From Thermoproteota archaeon (GTDB taxonomy: Archaea > Korarchaeota > JAOZGF01 > JAOZFZ01), in assembly GCA_027492035.1 (NCBI GenBank), contig JAOZFT010000004.1, forward strand, positions 256,001 through 320,000: DNA of 64,000 nt, written 5' to 3'. Below, one piece after another: positions 38,606 through 48,120 of this stretch (its first letter is position 1; the number at the start of each line of letters is the position of its first letter). The position numbers were made by a program, and so were the translations under genes. The notes below the pieces were generated by a model. It worked only from the letters and a program-made list of their open reading frames with translations. It made no database searches and had not been told where the DNA came from.

Positions 38606-39301
38606 CTAAACCCTCTTTAACCCCTTTTTTAAACCTTCAACTAAATCCTGTAATGCTTTTTTAGGGTTTTTTGCTTTTACAACTCCTGAAGAAATAAGTA
38701 CTCCCTCTGCACCTAACTTAATTGCTTCCTCCACATCCTCTTGGCTTTTTATCCCTGCCCCGCACACTACATGAATTAACCTATTTACATTTTTAATTAT
38801 TTTCACTGATTTTTTGAGAGTAGCTGGTTTACTTTTTGAAACAGAAGATGGCCCGCTTATTAACTCAGGCGGTTCATAAGCTATTATGTCTGGTTTGAAA
38901 GCTGTTAAGCTTAAACATTCCTCGAGAGTGCCTGCACATACACAGCTTAAAAGCTCCTCTTTCCTACATTCTGAAATCAAAAACCTAATCTCTTTTAGAT
39001 TGAGTGGATGTTCGGAATGATTAATTATTGTCCCTATTGCTCCTGCCTTTTTTGCAGCTAAAACCGTGAAGAAACCTGTGTTTCTACCTGGCTTTACCGG
39101 GTCTATATGTTGAGCTAAAACAGGCAGGTTGACATTTTTTTTTACTCTGTAAATGTCTGATGATTGAACAGCAGCTAATATCTCTACATTCTCGCTTTCA
39201 CGTACATTTTTAATTATTTCTGCAAGTTCAATAGCTTTTTCCCCTGTGGCTTCTGGATATGTTTTAAAGTTTATGATAATGACTGGAAAACTGATTTCCA
39301 A
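38606..39301 (-). CDS. tpiA: Triosephosphate isomerase (archaeal type)
   Basis: INFKTY, AQH.D, NHSE, AYEPPELI, GAGI, SGVVKA. Confidence 0.95.
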   Translation of the reverse strand: MEISFPVIIINFKTYPEATGEKAIELAEIIKNVRESENVEILAAVQSSDIYRVKKNVNLPVLAQHIDPVKPGRNTGFFTVLAAKKAGAIGTIINHSEHPLNLKEIRFLISECRKEELLSCVCAGTLEECLSLTAFKPDIIAYEPPELISGPSSVSKSKPATLKKSVKIIKNVNRLIHVVCGAGIKSQEDVEEAIKLGAEGVLISSGVVKAKNPKKALQDLVEGLKKGLKRV

Positions 39302-39342
39302 TTTTTCTCCTCCAAATTTTTTGTCTTTTCAGTTGTGTAGGT

Positions 39343-40362
39343 TTAAGTTGTTACATCCTCTTTTAAAATAACAATGTTTGTTCTTCCATATCCCCTCTTC
39401 TCAAGTATGCCCTTCTCCTCCAGTTTAGAAATTATTTTTGAAACAGTTGCTTTTGAAAGACCCATTTTTAATGGAAGTTCTTTTTGCTCTATCTTTCCAC
39501 CCTCCTCCTTTATTATTTCAATCAACTTTTTCTCGTCTTGTGTCAACAAAGTTGTCTTTATTATTTCCCTCCTTCTTCTGAAAAACAGTATAGCTATAAC
39601 CCCTATTGTCAAGGAGGAGGTAATTATTAAGATTTGTGTAAGATAAAGTGGTTGAGGGCTTGGGGAGGGAGTGGCGCTATTTAGTTGCTGGCTTAAGTTA
39701 TAGGTTATCATTATAAGAGGGGACTCCCTAGTTAGGTTTACAAATTTCCAGCTGAACCTTTTCCTTAAACCTATGGATGTATTGATTACAGGTTTCGGGT
39801 TTATGACAGGTAATGGGGGAATAGGTAAAAGGTCTGCTTTCTCAGGTAAAAGCGCGGTTACGTCAACTTCCCCTATTCTGACGTATTTCAAAGCTTTAAA
39901 AATAAAAGTGAAAAACTTATGGTTTTCATTATTGACTTCATGCCTTATGTATGTTCTGCCTTCTGTTTTTTCAGGTGAAGAAAATGTTACAGTTAATAGG
40001 GATGTTTCCCCTTTCTTTAATGTTTTGTTTAAATCTAGTTTAAGAAATGTTTCGTTAATATTCAAGTTTGGGTTAAACACCTCAACCACTGAAACTTTGG
40101 CAGCATCTGAAAAAATATTTCTGGGAGAAATTGCGTAAATGAACAGCGTTGGATTGGTTAAATTATCGGTTTCTGCCCTTATTTTGATTTTCATTTCGAA
40201 ATTCACATTATTTCTTCCTAAGTCAATAAATACTTCAGCTTTTTCGATGCTGTACATTGCTTCATTATTAGGTGGGGCATGTAATGGTTGAAACAGATCC
40301 GGAAGTAAAATAAGTAAAACCGTGGAAAGTAAAATTGTTTCTGCTGCTTTATGATGTTTCAT
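39343..40362 (-). CDS. Membrane-anchored protein with extracellular domain and cytoplasmic C-terminal winged HTH (COG2512-like)
   Basis: Signal peptide, TM helix followed by RRRR, then DEK..I..I...GG.I.QK.L....G.SKATVS.....LE.KG....GRTN. Confidence 0.8.
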   Translation of the reverse strand: MKHHKAAETILLSTVLLILLPDLFQPLHAPPNNEAMYSIEKAEVFIDLGRNNVNFEMKIKIRAETDNLTNPTLFIYAISPRNIFSDAAKVSVVEVFNPNLNINETFLKLDLNKTLKKGETSLLTVTFSSPEKTEGRTYIRHEVNNENHKFFTFIFKALKYVRIGEVDVTALLPEKADLLPIPPLPVINPKPVINTSIGLRKRFSWKFVNLTRESPLIMITYNLSQQLNSATPSPSPQPLYLTQILIITSSLTIGVIAILFFRRRREIIKTTLLTQDEKKLIEIIKEEGGKIEQKELPLKMGLSKATVSKIISKLEEKGILEKRGYGRTNIVILKEDVTT

Positions 40363-40423
40363 CCTTTTTTCTTCACCTTTTCAGGGAAGTTAATTTTCTA
40401 TTTAATTTCTTTTTAAAGGAACT

Positions 40424-40996
40424 TTAAAGGAATAAGCCTTCCTCCATAAGTTTCCTTCTAACTTCGTAAATGGCTTTATATATTTCTTCCAATTTCTTTG
40501 TGCCTGTGCATACAAGTTTACCCGTTCGGAAAAGCAAAAACGTGGCTTTAGGTTTTTTTTGTCTATAAATTAAACCTGGGAATTGTTCAGGCTCATAATT
40601 CGCCCCTTCTAGCTTTAAAATAGCTTTTTCTAAATGTATCTGTCTTTTAATGTCTGCTGAAGCCACTATGTTTTCGACTTTAAGTTTTGGCGGGCTTTTA
40701 AGTTTTATCCCTATTTTTCCAAGTTTCTTAATTATCCTTTCTAAGGCGTAATTTGCATCTCTTTCAGATTGAGTGCCTGTGCATACAAGTTTACCTGTTC
40801 CAAAAATTAAGAATGCTGCTTTAGGCTTCTTTAATTTATAAATTAAGCCTGGGAACTTTGAAGGGTTATAGTCAGCCCCCTCAGCTTTTAATTTTTTTGC
40901 GATATATTTTAAATCGAGTTCTGTACCTAAGTCAATTGAACTTACGGTGTTTTGAACTTTCACTTCAATTTCTTCAACAGCCAAATGAATCGCCAC
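40424..40996 (-). CDS. tbp: TATA-box binding protein
   Basis: Two repeats of Y.P..FPGLIY....PKA..L.F.TGKLVCTG. Confidence 0.97.
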   Translation of the reverse strand: MAIHLAVEEIEVKVQNTVSSIDLGTELDLKYIAKKLKAEGADYNPSKFPGLIYKLKKPKAAFLIFGTGKLVCTGTQSERDANYALERIIKKLGKIGIKLKSPPKLKVENIVASADIKRQIHLEKAILKLEGANYEPEQFPGLIYRQKKPKATFLLFRTGKLVCTGTKKLEEIYKAIYEVRRKLMEEGLFL

Positions 40997-41072
40997 ATCT
41001 TATTCTTGTTCCTCCCTCAAAAAAATGCAGGGATTTTGATAGGTGTTTAAAGTTTATTTCTTTTAGCTCTTT

Positions 41073-41864
41073 TTAAATTTCACTGCAGTTTCTGAAGTAT
41101 GAGCTGAAACTGCTGTAAAACAGATCTTCCTCTCTGCTGATTTTCATTTCCTCACTGAATGTTCCTTCACAAAATTCTACAGGAGCTTCTCTAACTAGAA
41201 CGAAAGGGGTTAGTTCGTTTCTCTCTTTCAAATAAAGTTCAGCTATACAGGCTAAATTGTCAGCCACAGCTCTCCTTGTAAATTTCATTTTCTTCCCATA
41301 CAAATCCTCCTTCCCTCTTTCATCTATAACTGGTTTAAAACCTGAAACGGCAAGTGCAACGCCTATGTTTCCTTTTCTTAAAGGCTGGGTTTTACTGTCA
41401 ACTATCAAAATCCCTACCTTTTTTCTTCCTGTCCTCCTCAAAATTTCTTCTCTGAAGTTTTTAGCCACCATCCAGGGCTTTCTTGGATGTAGCACAGCAT
41501 ATCCTTTAGGAACGTTAGAAAGATCAATCCCAGCATTCGCAATTAAAATTCCATCCTTTAAAGTATAAACCACGCCTTTGATTCCTCCAATTATTTCATC
41601 AGCTTCCCTTAAAATCAATTCAGCCAATGCAGCAGGTATATTGTACTTTTTGGCTAGTCTTTCCCCCTCAACACTTGGTTTAACACTGAATAAACTCTTT
41701 ATTCTTCCTTGGGAGACAGACACCACTTTACTTGTCACCACAATTATATCTCTGTTTCTAATTTCTAAATTGTTTAAATGTAAAGTTTTGAAAAAGAAGG
41801 TGTAAAGGTTTTCTCTGAAATTCATCACATTGCTTTTCAAACCGTAAACTTCCACAATGCGCAC
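41073..41864 (-). CDS. cofE: Coenzyme F420-0:gamma-glutamyl ligase family protein
   Basis: VVTSKVVS..QGR, ANAGID.SN, DS...PLR.G, G..DLYG, ADNLA. Confidence 0.85.
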   Translation of the reverse strand: MRIVEVYGLKSNVMNFRENLYTFFFKTLHLNNLEIRNRDIIVVTSKVVSVSQGRIKSLFSVKPSVEGERLAKKYNIPAALAELILREADEIIGGIKGVVYTLKDGILIANAGIDLSNVPKGYAVLHPRKPWMVAKNFREEILRRTGRKKVGILIVDSKTQPLRKGNIGVALAVSGFKPVIDERGKEDLYGKKMKFTRRAVADNLACIAELYLKERNELTPFVLVREAPVEFCEGTFSEEMKISREEDLFYSSFSSYFRNCSEI

Positions 41865-41893
41865 CCCGCGTGGATGCTTTAAACCTTTAGAAC

Positions 41894-42031
41894 TTACTTC
41901 TTCCTCTTCTTATTCTCTCCATTACTTGCTTCTTCTCTTTTTAAGGCGTTTATTATTTGATAAGCCGATAAAACTACAGCTATTGCTGCCACCACCGCTT
42001 CCTGAAGTTGATAAAAACTGTATATGTTCAT
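41894..42031 (-). CDS. Putative 45-aa single-TM small protein; not in ORF track
   Basis: MNIYSFYQLQEAVVAAIAVVLSAYQIINALKREEASNGENKKRKK; GAGGAGGGAGTG upstream. Confidence 0.45.
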   Translation of the reverse strand: MNIYSFYQLQEAVVAAIAVVLSAYQIINALKREEASNGENKKRKK

Positions 42032-42381
42032 TCTTTCACTCCCTCCTCTTTTTTTATGAAAAAGGCATCTTTAAGGAGGAACCCTTTTTTAAATTTTCAA
42101 AAAAGGAAAAATTTTTTAAACCCTTTAAAAATAGGGAAGTTTTTGAAAACTTCAAGTTACCTCTCCTTCCTCACTCGAAAATTTAAACATAAAATTTATT
42201 AACCTTGCAAAAGGGGAGTTTTAAGGGTCATCAACTTTTTGTAACACCGTATAAACCATATGGTTTTTCAGTTTTCAAAGGGAAACTGGAGCCTTTTCCA
42301 TTTAACAATTGAGGGAAAATGGTTTGTTTAAATATTTCAAGGAGCATTTCCGAAACCAAGAAATTAAGTGGAAAAATTTAA

Positions 42382-42864
42382 GTGAAGAAAATGCCTAAAA
42401 TAAAGTACTCACTGACTCAAGTAAATGATGAAGCCACTGCAAAATCAATGGGAAAAGATTTGGACTTGTCTTTGAAAAAAACCCGTGAACTTTGCAAATT
42501 AATTAAGGGAATGCATATTGATAAAGCAAAGAAGACTTTGCGGAACATAATTGAGAAAAGGCAAGCTGTCCCTTTTAAACGTTTCAGATCTGGTGCAGGA
42601 CATAAGAAAAACCTGCAAAAATGGGATTCAGGCAGGTACCCTGCCAAGTCAGCTAAAGAAGTGCTTAAAGTAATTGAGAATGCAGAAGCTAATGCTGAGG
42701 ACAAGGGATTAGAGCTTGAAAAATTATGGGTGAAACATGTGCTTGTTAAAGAAGGCCCAAAACTGGAAAGAGTTTTTTACCGGGCAATGGGGAGGTCAAC
42801 CCCGAAAATCCGGAGACTTGTTCATTTAGAAGTCATCCTTGAAGAACGTGAAGGGAGGGAATAA
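42382..42864 (+). CDS. rpl22: 50S ribosomal protein uL22
   Basis: VPF.RF...GH, GRYP.K, NAEANA, RAMGR. Confidence 0.96.
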   Translation: MKKMPKIKYSLTQVNDEATAKSMGKDLDLSLKKTRELCKLIKGMHIDKAKKTLRNIIEKRQAVPFKRFRSGAGHKKNLQKWDSGRYPAKSAKEVLKVIENAEANAEDKGLELEKLWVKHVLVKEGPKLERVFYRAMGRSTPKIRRLVHLEVILEEREGRE

Positions 42865-42866
42865 AG

Positions 42867-43613
42867 ATTCCAGAGAAGAAGTCCATACTGACAGATTTCA
42901 TAAAGGATGGGTTAATTCATGCAGACTTAGATGAGTACTTGTCGAAAGAACTTAAAAGGTCGGGTTATCACAGTGTCAATTTAATAAAAACCCCCTTGGG
43001 TACAAGAATACATATTAAAGCTGAGAGACCTGCTTTAGTCATAGGTAGGCATGGTCAAACAATAAAATATTTGACAACTGTTTTCAGGGAGAAATTCATG
43101 CTGGAGAATCCGCAAATAGAGGTTATTCAACTGGATGAACCTTCCCTTTCAGCTAAAATAATGGCGAACAAAATAGCCAGTGCGATAGACAGGGGAATAA
43201 GGTATAGGTCAGCTGTAAATGTTGCGTTTAGGAGAATAATGGCTTCAGGTGCAGTAGGGGCTGAAATACTTATTTCAGGAAAATTAATCAGTAAAAGATC
43301 TAGAAGTGTAAGATTTAGAGAAGGTAAAATGATAAAAAGTGGTTACCCTAAGGAAATTTTTGTGGATGTGGGGAAAGATTTTGCTTTGTTAAAAACAGGG
43401 ATTGTAGGGGTTAAAGTTAAAATTTTGCAGCCTAACTACGTGGGAGCAGACGTTATTTCGATAAAGGAGGATATAGCAGAGAAATTGATGGAAGGAAGGA
43501 GGAAAGAAATAGCTGAAACGCAACAGACCGAGTTAGTTACTGAAGCGGTTGCAGAACCTGAAAACAAGTCTGAAGAAGGAATTGAAGGAGAAAAAACAGG
43601 AGAAGAAAATTAA
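42867..43613 (+). CDS. rps3: 30S ribosomal protein uS3; N-terminus extends upstream of TTG 42939, non-canonical start likely
   Basis: FIKDGL...LDEYL.KEL...GY, TPLGT, RP..VIGR.G, GAEI.ISGK, G.VGVKV. Confidence 0.93.
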   Translation: MPEKKSILTDFIKDGLIHADLDEYLSKELKRSGYHSVNLIKTPLGTRIHIKAERPALVIGRHGQTIKYLTTVFREKFMLENPQIEVIQLDEPSLSAKIMANKIASAIDRGIRYRSAVNVAFRRIMASGAVGAEILISGKLISKRSRSVRFREGKMIKSGYPKEIFVDVGKDFALLKTGIVGVKVKILQPNYVGADVISIKEDIAEKLMEGRRKEIAETQQTELVTEAVAEPENKSEEGIEGEKTGEEN

Positions 43614-43638
43614 AGCTTGTTTTGGAAGAGGGAATTAA

Positions 43639-43830
43639 ATGAAACTAGCTGAAATTAAAAAACTATCCAAGGAGGAGCGTAAGAAGAAATTGAAACAGCT
43701 AAAAGAAGATCTTTGGAACCTTAGGATTCAACAAAAAGCTGCAGGTACTCTAGAGAATCCCTCCGCAATTAAGACTCTGAAAAGAGACATAGCAAGGTTA
43801 CTAACTCTGTTGAGGGAAGAAGAAAGGTGA
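43639..43830 (+). CDS. rpl29: 50S ribosomal protein uL29
   Basis: ENP..I...KRDIARLLT. Confidence 0.95.
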   Translation: MKLAEIKKLSKEERKKKLKQLKEDLWNLRIQQKAAGTLENPSAIKTLKRDIARLLTLLREEER

Positions 43831-44114
43831 TAACCCAAAAAAACATTTACTACCATGAATTGATAGGTTTAGAGGTTGAAATAACAAATTCAACCAATCC
43901 TTCCTTAATAAAGAGAAAAGGGAAGGTAATTTTTGAAACCAGGAACATGTTGTTTATAAGTGATTCCGCTAAACCATCAAAAGAAATTAAAATCCCGAAA
44001 GCTATTTGTTGCTTTAGGTTTAAGCTGCCTTCCGAAAAGGAGGTTGAAGTGAAGGGGGATCTTTTGGTTGGAAGACCTGAAAAAAGACTTAAATGTAAGA
44101 GAGTGAGGAAATGA
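43827..44114 (+). CDS. rnp1: RNase P protein component 1 (Rpp29/Pop4)
   Basis: HELIGL.V, G.V..ETRN, IPK, G..L.GRPE.R. Confidence 0.94.
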   Translation: MITQKNIYYHELIGLEVEITNSTNPSLIKRKGKVIFETRNMLFISDSAKPSKEIKIPKAICCFRFKLPSEKEVEVKGDLLVGRPEKRLKCKRVRK

Positions 44115-44425
44115 GAAAAATTAAAGGTTTCACTCCGCCTAAAGAAGAATGTAAAGACAGAAATTGTCCTTGGCACGGTAATTTAGCGGTGAGGGGGAGA
44201 ACCATCAAGGGAAGAATAGTTAAGTTTAAGGCTGACAAGACAGCCGTTCTTTTAATTGAAAGAATCCGCTACGTTAAAAAATATTTAAGGTATGAAAAAA
44301 GGGAAACCAAGGTTTCAGTCCATGTTCCTCCATGCATCCCCTTAAAAGAGGGGGATAATGTAGTTGTTGCAGAGTGTCGGCCAATCAGTAAAACAAAAAG
44401 TTTTGTTGTGTTGCAGAAAATTTAA
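44111..44425 (+). CDS. rps17: 30S ribosomal protein uS17
   Basis: C.D..CPWHG.L.VRG, KY.RYE.R, ECRPISKTK. Confidence 0.96.
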   Translation: MRKIKGFTPPKEECKDRNCPWHGNLAVRGRTIKGRIVKFKADKTAVLLIERIRYVKKYLRYEKRETKVSVHVPPCIPLKEGDNVVVAECRPISKTKSFVVLQKI

Positions 44426-44451
44426 AAAATCTCGGTAAAGGAGGAAGAGAA

Positions 44452-44880
44452 ATGCCTAGACTAGGGATTAAAAGGAAAAAAGGGGTAGCTTTTAAACCCA
44501 AACTAACTAGAGGATTACCTGTAGGGAGTAAGATAACCTGTGCTGACAATTCAGGGGCTAAAATCCTTCAAATAATTGGAGTTATAGGTTACAAAGGGAA
44601 ACATAACAGGTACCCCTCCGCAAGTATAGGGGATATGGTGTCGGTTACTGTGAAACAGGGGGCCCTGAAATTAAGGAAACAAGTAATGAGGGCAATAATT
44701 ATAAGGCAGAGGATGCCTTTTAAAAGGCCTAACGGTTTACATGTGACATTTGAAGATAATGCAGGAGTTCTTGTGGATAAGGAAGGTAAACCCTTAGCTT
44801 CAGAAATAAGGGGACCTATAGCAAGGGAAGCTGTTGAAAGATGGCCTGAATTATCTAAAATTTCCTCAATAGTGGTTTAG
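44452..44880 (+). CDS. rpl14: 50S ribosomal protein uL14
   Basis: CADNSGAK, FEDNA, GPIARE. Confidence 0.96.
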   Translation: MPRLGIKRKKGVAFKPKLTRGLPVGSKITCADNSGAKILQIIGVIGYKGKHNRYPSASIGDMVSVTVKQGALKLRKQVMRAIIIRQRMPFKRPNGLHVTFEDNAGVLVDKEGKPLASEIRGPIAREAVERWPELSKISSIVV

Positions 44881-45272
44881 TGGTGAATAAAGTAATGGGT
44901 ATAACTAAATCTAAGCAGCCGAGGAAGCAAAGGAAGTTTCTTTACAAAGCTAAGTGGCATATAAGGCATAAACTTTTAGCTGCGCCTTTATCTGAAGGCT
45001 TAGCTGATCAACATGGAGTGAAATCTCTTCCTGTGAGAAAAGGAGATACTGTACTTGTTGTTAGGGGAGATTATAAAGGAACGGAAGGGAAGGTAGCCGG
45101 TGTAGACTACAAAAAACTTAGGGTCCATGTCGAAAACGTCAAGAAGAAAAAGGCAGACGGTTCTGAATATTATTTTCCAATCCACCCCTCAAAGGTTGTG
45201 ATTACAAAACTTAATTTAAAAGACGAAAGAAGAAAAGCTATAATTGAAAGGAAAAAGGCTTTAGTAGAGTAG
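44880..45272 (+). CDS. rpl24: 50S ribosomal protein uL24
   Basis: SKQPRKQRK, PVRKGD.V.V.RG, IHPSKV. Confidence 0.96.
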   Translation: MVNKVMGITKSKQPRKQRKFLYKAKWHIRHKLLAAPLSEGLADQHGVKSLPVRKGDTVLVVRGDYKGTEGKVAGVDYKKLRVHVENVKKKKADGSEYYFPIHPSKVVITKLNLKDERRKAIIERKKALVE

Positions 45273-45281
45273 GCGAAAGAA

Positions 45282-46013
45282 ATGTCAAAGAGTTTAAAAA
45301 GATTTTCAGCTCCTCCTTTGTGGAGGATACCAGTTAAAAAATTTAAGTGGGTGACTAGACCAAGTCCAGGCCCCCACCCAAAAAATTTCTCTATCCCATT
45401 ACTCTTAATTCTCCGTGACGTTTTAAGGATTGTTAACGATTCATCTGAAGCAAGGAAAGTAATAGGTAACAAAGAAGTTTTGGTTGATGGTGTACCACGT
45501 ACAAATTACAAGTTCCCTGTGGGTTTAATGGATGTTTTAGAAATACCTAAACTTGGCTTAATCTACAGAATACTGCCAACCCCTAAAAAAACCCTTGAAC
45601 CCATACCTATTCCTGAAGAAGAGAAAAATTTAAAATTGTGCAGGATAGAAAATAAAAAAATTAACAAAGGCAACAATATCCAATTAAATCTTCACGACGG
45701 CCGAAACGTTTTACTTAAGCCTAACATCACCCTTCTTAAAGAAAAAGTTTATAGAAGGCTTGACAGTTTACTTTTAACTGTTCCTCATCAAACTTTAAAA
45801 GAGCATGTTGAATTTAGTGAAGGTCATTTTGCTTTAGTGGTTAAGGGTAAACATATGGGTGCAGTAGGTGAAATAACTTCTATGGATGAAGGGTTTAAAA
45901 ACGCAACTGTAACTTTAAACACAGAAAAGGGAGAAATAAAAACAAGAAAAGATTTCGTTATGGTTATAGGGGAAAAAAAGCCTCTTTTAGCCTTTAATTT
46001 AACTAAGGAGTAA
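45282..46013 (+). CDS. rps4e: 30S ribosomal protein eS4
   Basis: LKR..AP..W, PGPH, FPVGLMDV, QLNLHDGRN. Confidence 0.96.
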   Translation: MSKSLKRFSAPPLWRIPVKKFKWVTRPSPGPHPKNFSIPLLLILRDVLRIVNDSSEARKVIGNKEVLVDGVPRTNYKFPVGLMDVLEIPKLGLIYRILPTPKKTLEPIPIPEEEKNLKLCRIENKKINKGNNIQLNLHDGRNVLLKPNITLLKEKVYRRLDSLLLTVPHQTLKEHVEFSEGHFALVVKGKHMGAVGEITSMDEGFKNATVTLNTEKGEIKTRKDFVMVIGEKKPLLAFNLTKE

Positions 46014-46022
46014 TGACCCTAA

Positions 46023-46553
46023 ATGATAGCTGAAAACCCTATGAGGAAGGTAAGGATAGAAAAAGTTGTTATTCACTCTTGTGTGGGTAAATCAGGTGAA
46101 GCTTTGGAGAAGGCAAGTAAAATAATAGAAAAAATTTCTGGACAGAAACCTGCAATCAAAAAAGCAAAGAAAACCATCAGGGACTTTGGGATTCATAAAA
46201 GAGAACCAATAAGTGTTATGGTTACTTTAAGAGGAAGAAAAGCTGAAGAAGTTTTTGACAAGGTTTTGAAAGCTGTAGATAATAAAGTAAAAATTTCTTC
46301 ACTAGATAATCAAGGAAATTTAGCGTTTGGTATAGAGGAGCACATTGACATTCCTGAAATGAAATACGACCCCGATTTAGGTGTGATAGGGCTTGATGTA
46401 ATCGCCTGTCTAGAAAGGCCAGGTTATAGAGTTAAAAGAAGGAGAAGGGAAAAGAGAAAAATACCTAAAAAACATAGAATAACACGTGAAGAAGCAATTA
46501 ATTTCTTTAACGAAAGATTTGGTGTTGAATTTATTCAGTCTGTTGCCCCTTAA
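46023..46553 (+). CDS. rpl5: 50S ribosomal protein uL5
   Basis: NPMR...I.KVV, VTLRG, FGI.EHID, YDP..G, RPGYRV. Confidence 0.96.
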   Translation: MIAENPMRKVRIEKVVIHSCVGKSGEALEKASKIIEKISGQKPAIKKAKKTIRDFGIHKREPISVMVTLRGRKAEEVFDKVLKAVDNKVKISSLDNQGNLAFGIEEHIDIPEMKYDPDLGVIGLDVIACLERPGYRVKRRRREKRKIPKKHRITREEAINFFNERFGVEFIQSVAP

Positions 46554-46572
46554 CTTCTGTGAAAGGTGAACG

Positions 46573-46740
46573 GTGTTGAGTGAATCGAATAATAAACAAA
46601 TAAACGTGGAGGGGAAGGTTCGGAGATGTAGAAGATGCGGGAGAGTTGGACGTGGTTTAATAACAAAATATGGGTTAAACCTGTGTAGACAATGTTTCAG
46701 GGAAATTGCTCCTAAACTAGGCTGGAAAAAATACGAATAA
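46573..46740 (+). CDS. rps14: 30S ribosomal protein uS14; not in ORF track
   Basis: 55 aa with CRRCG...[25 protein letters not shown]. Confidence 0.94.
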   Translation: MLSESNNKQINVEGKVRRCRRCGRVGRGLITKYGLNLCRQCFREIAPKLGWKKYE

Positions 46741-46751
46741 GAACAGGTGTT

Positions 46752-47156
46752 GTGAGGAGAAGAGAGTTGGTTTCAGATATTTTATCGAATGCTTTAATAA
46801 ACATATACAACCACGAAGCCATTGGGAGGGAGAACTGCTTAATTTACCCTGCTTCAAAACTTTTAAAGGAAGTGTTAAGGGTAATGCAAAGGCATGGCTA
46901 CATTGGTGAATTCGTTTATATTGATGATGGACGTGGAGGAAAGTTTAAAGTGTCTCTTCTTGGACGAATAAATAAATGCATGGCTATAAGGCCGAGATTT
47001 TATGTAAAAGTGAAAGATTTGGTTGAATGGGAACAAAAATATTTACCTGCAAATGACATGGGTATATTAATATTAACGACACCTAAAGGGGTCATGACCT
47101 CTAAGGAAGCTAAAAAGAAGGGGGTAGGTGGTCTTCTGTTAGCCTTTATTTACTAG
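46752..47156 (+). CDS. rps8: 30S ribosomal protein uS8
   Basis: PASKL, GYIGEF..IDDGRGG, TTPKGVM. Confidence 0.96.
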   Translation: MRRRELVSDILSNALINIYNHEAIGRENCLIYPASKLLKEVLRVMQRHGYIGEFVYIDDGRGGKFKVSLLGRINKCMAIRPRFYVKVKDLVEWEQKYLPANDMGILILTTPKGVMTSKEAKKKGVGGLLLAFIY

Positions 47157-47173
47157 AGATAAGGTGAACAATC

Positions 47174-47719
47174 ATGCCTTTAACATACCTAATTGAGGAG
47201 AAGATACCCGTCCCTGAAGGAATTAATGTCACGATTAAACCAGGAGAAATACATGTTAAGGGACCTAGAGGGAAATTATTCAGGGAATATGATGAAAGAA
47301 AAATTTCCGTTAAGAAAATAAATAACGAAGTGGTTTTGAGAGTTATTTTCCCTGGTAAAAGAAGGAAGGCGTACCTCTATACAATTAAAAGCCACATAAA
47401 TAACATGTTTACTGGGGTTACTAAAGGGTTCAGGTATAGATTGCGGGTTGTCCAAACACATTTCCCTATAGAAGTTGCTGTTGAGGGGAGGAAGGTTTTA
47501 ATAAAAAACTTTATAGGTGAGAAGAAGCCTCGTGAAGCGGAAATCGTGGGTGATGTAAAGGTAACTGTAAACGGTAAAGATGTGGTAGTGGAGGGAATAA
47601 ATAAAGAAGATGTTGGACAAACAGCTGCAAACATCCAATTGGCAACTAAAATAAAGGATAAGGATGTTAGAAAATTCATTGACGGAGTCTACGTCTACAA
47701 AAAAGAGGTAATTAAATGA
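47174..47719 (+). CDS. rpl6: 50S ribosomal protein uL6
   Basis: VKGP.G, SHI.NM..GV..GF, HFP, NFIGE, VGQTAANI, D.R.F.DG.Y. Confidence 0.96.
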   Translation: MPLTYLIEEKIPVPEGINVTIKPGEIHVKGPRGKLFREYDERKISVKKINNEVVLRVIFPGKRRKAYLYTIKSHINNMFTGVTKGFRYRLRVVQTHFPIEVAVEGRKVLIKNFIGEKKPREAEIVGDVKVTVNGKDVVVEGINKEDVGQTAANIQLATKIKDKDVRKFIDGVYVYKKEVIK

Positions 47720-48120
47720 AAACTGTGAAGGAGCTTCAATTTTTAATAAAGAAAATTAAAAAGAGAAAGCCTAAGTTTGTTAGGGTCGACAGTTGGCGTT
47801 ACAAAAAACTTAATCCCCGCTGGAGAAAGCCAAGGGGTACTGACAGTAAAGTAAGGAGGAGATTTAGTGGGAGAACTCCTCTTCCAGACCCTGGTTACCG
47901 GACAGCTAAAAGAATTAGAGGGCTTCACCCTTCAGGCTACAAGCCTGTTTTGGTTTCAAACATGAGAGATTTGGAGCGAATAAATAAAGATTTTGAAGCT
48001 GCAATCCTTTCAAGGACCCTAAGTAAGAGAAAAAAAGTAGAAATCCAAAATGAAGCATTACAAAGAGGAATAAAGGTACTTAACCCTGTAAAATCAACTA
48101 TGGAAGAAGGAGAGTTATAA
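47716..48120 (+). CDS. rpl32e: 50S ribosomal protein eL32
   Basis: WRKPRG.DSK.R, RGLHPSG. Confidence 0.96.
   Translation: MKTVKELQFLIKKIKKRKPKFVRVDSWRYKKLNPRWRKPRGTDSKVRRRFSGRTPLPDPGYRTAKRIRGLHPSGYKPVLVSNMRDLERINKDFEAAILSRTLSKRKKVEIQNEALQRGIKVLNPVKSTMEEGEL

Noticed and set aside
38228-38664. ORFs 38228-38479 and 38440-38664
   Set aside because: The first is T-rich low-complexity sequence; the second may be a gene fragment but overlaps tpiA and has no credible start
40490-40870. Direct nucleotide repeat (GTGCCTGTGCATACAAGTTTACC twice)
   Set aside because: Explained by the internal two-fold repeat of TBP
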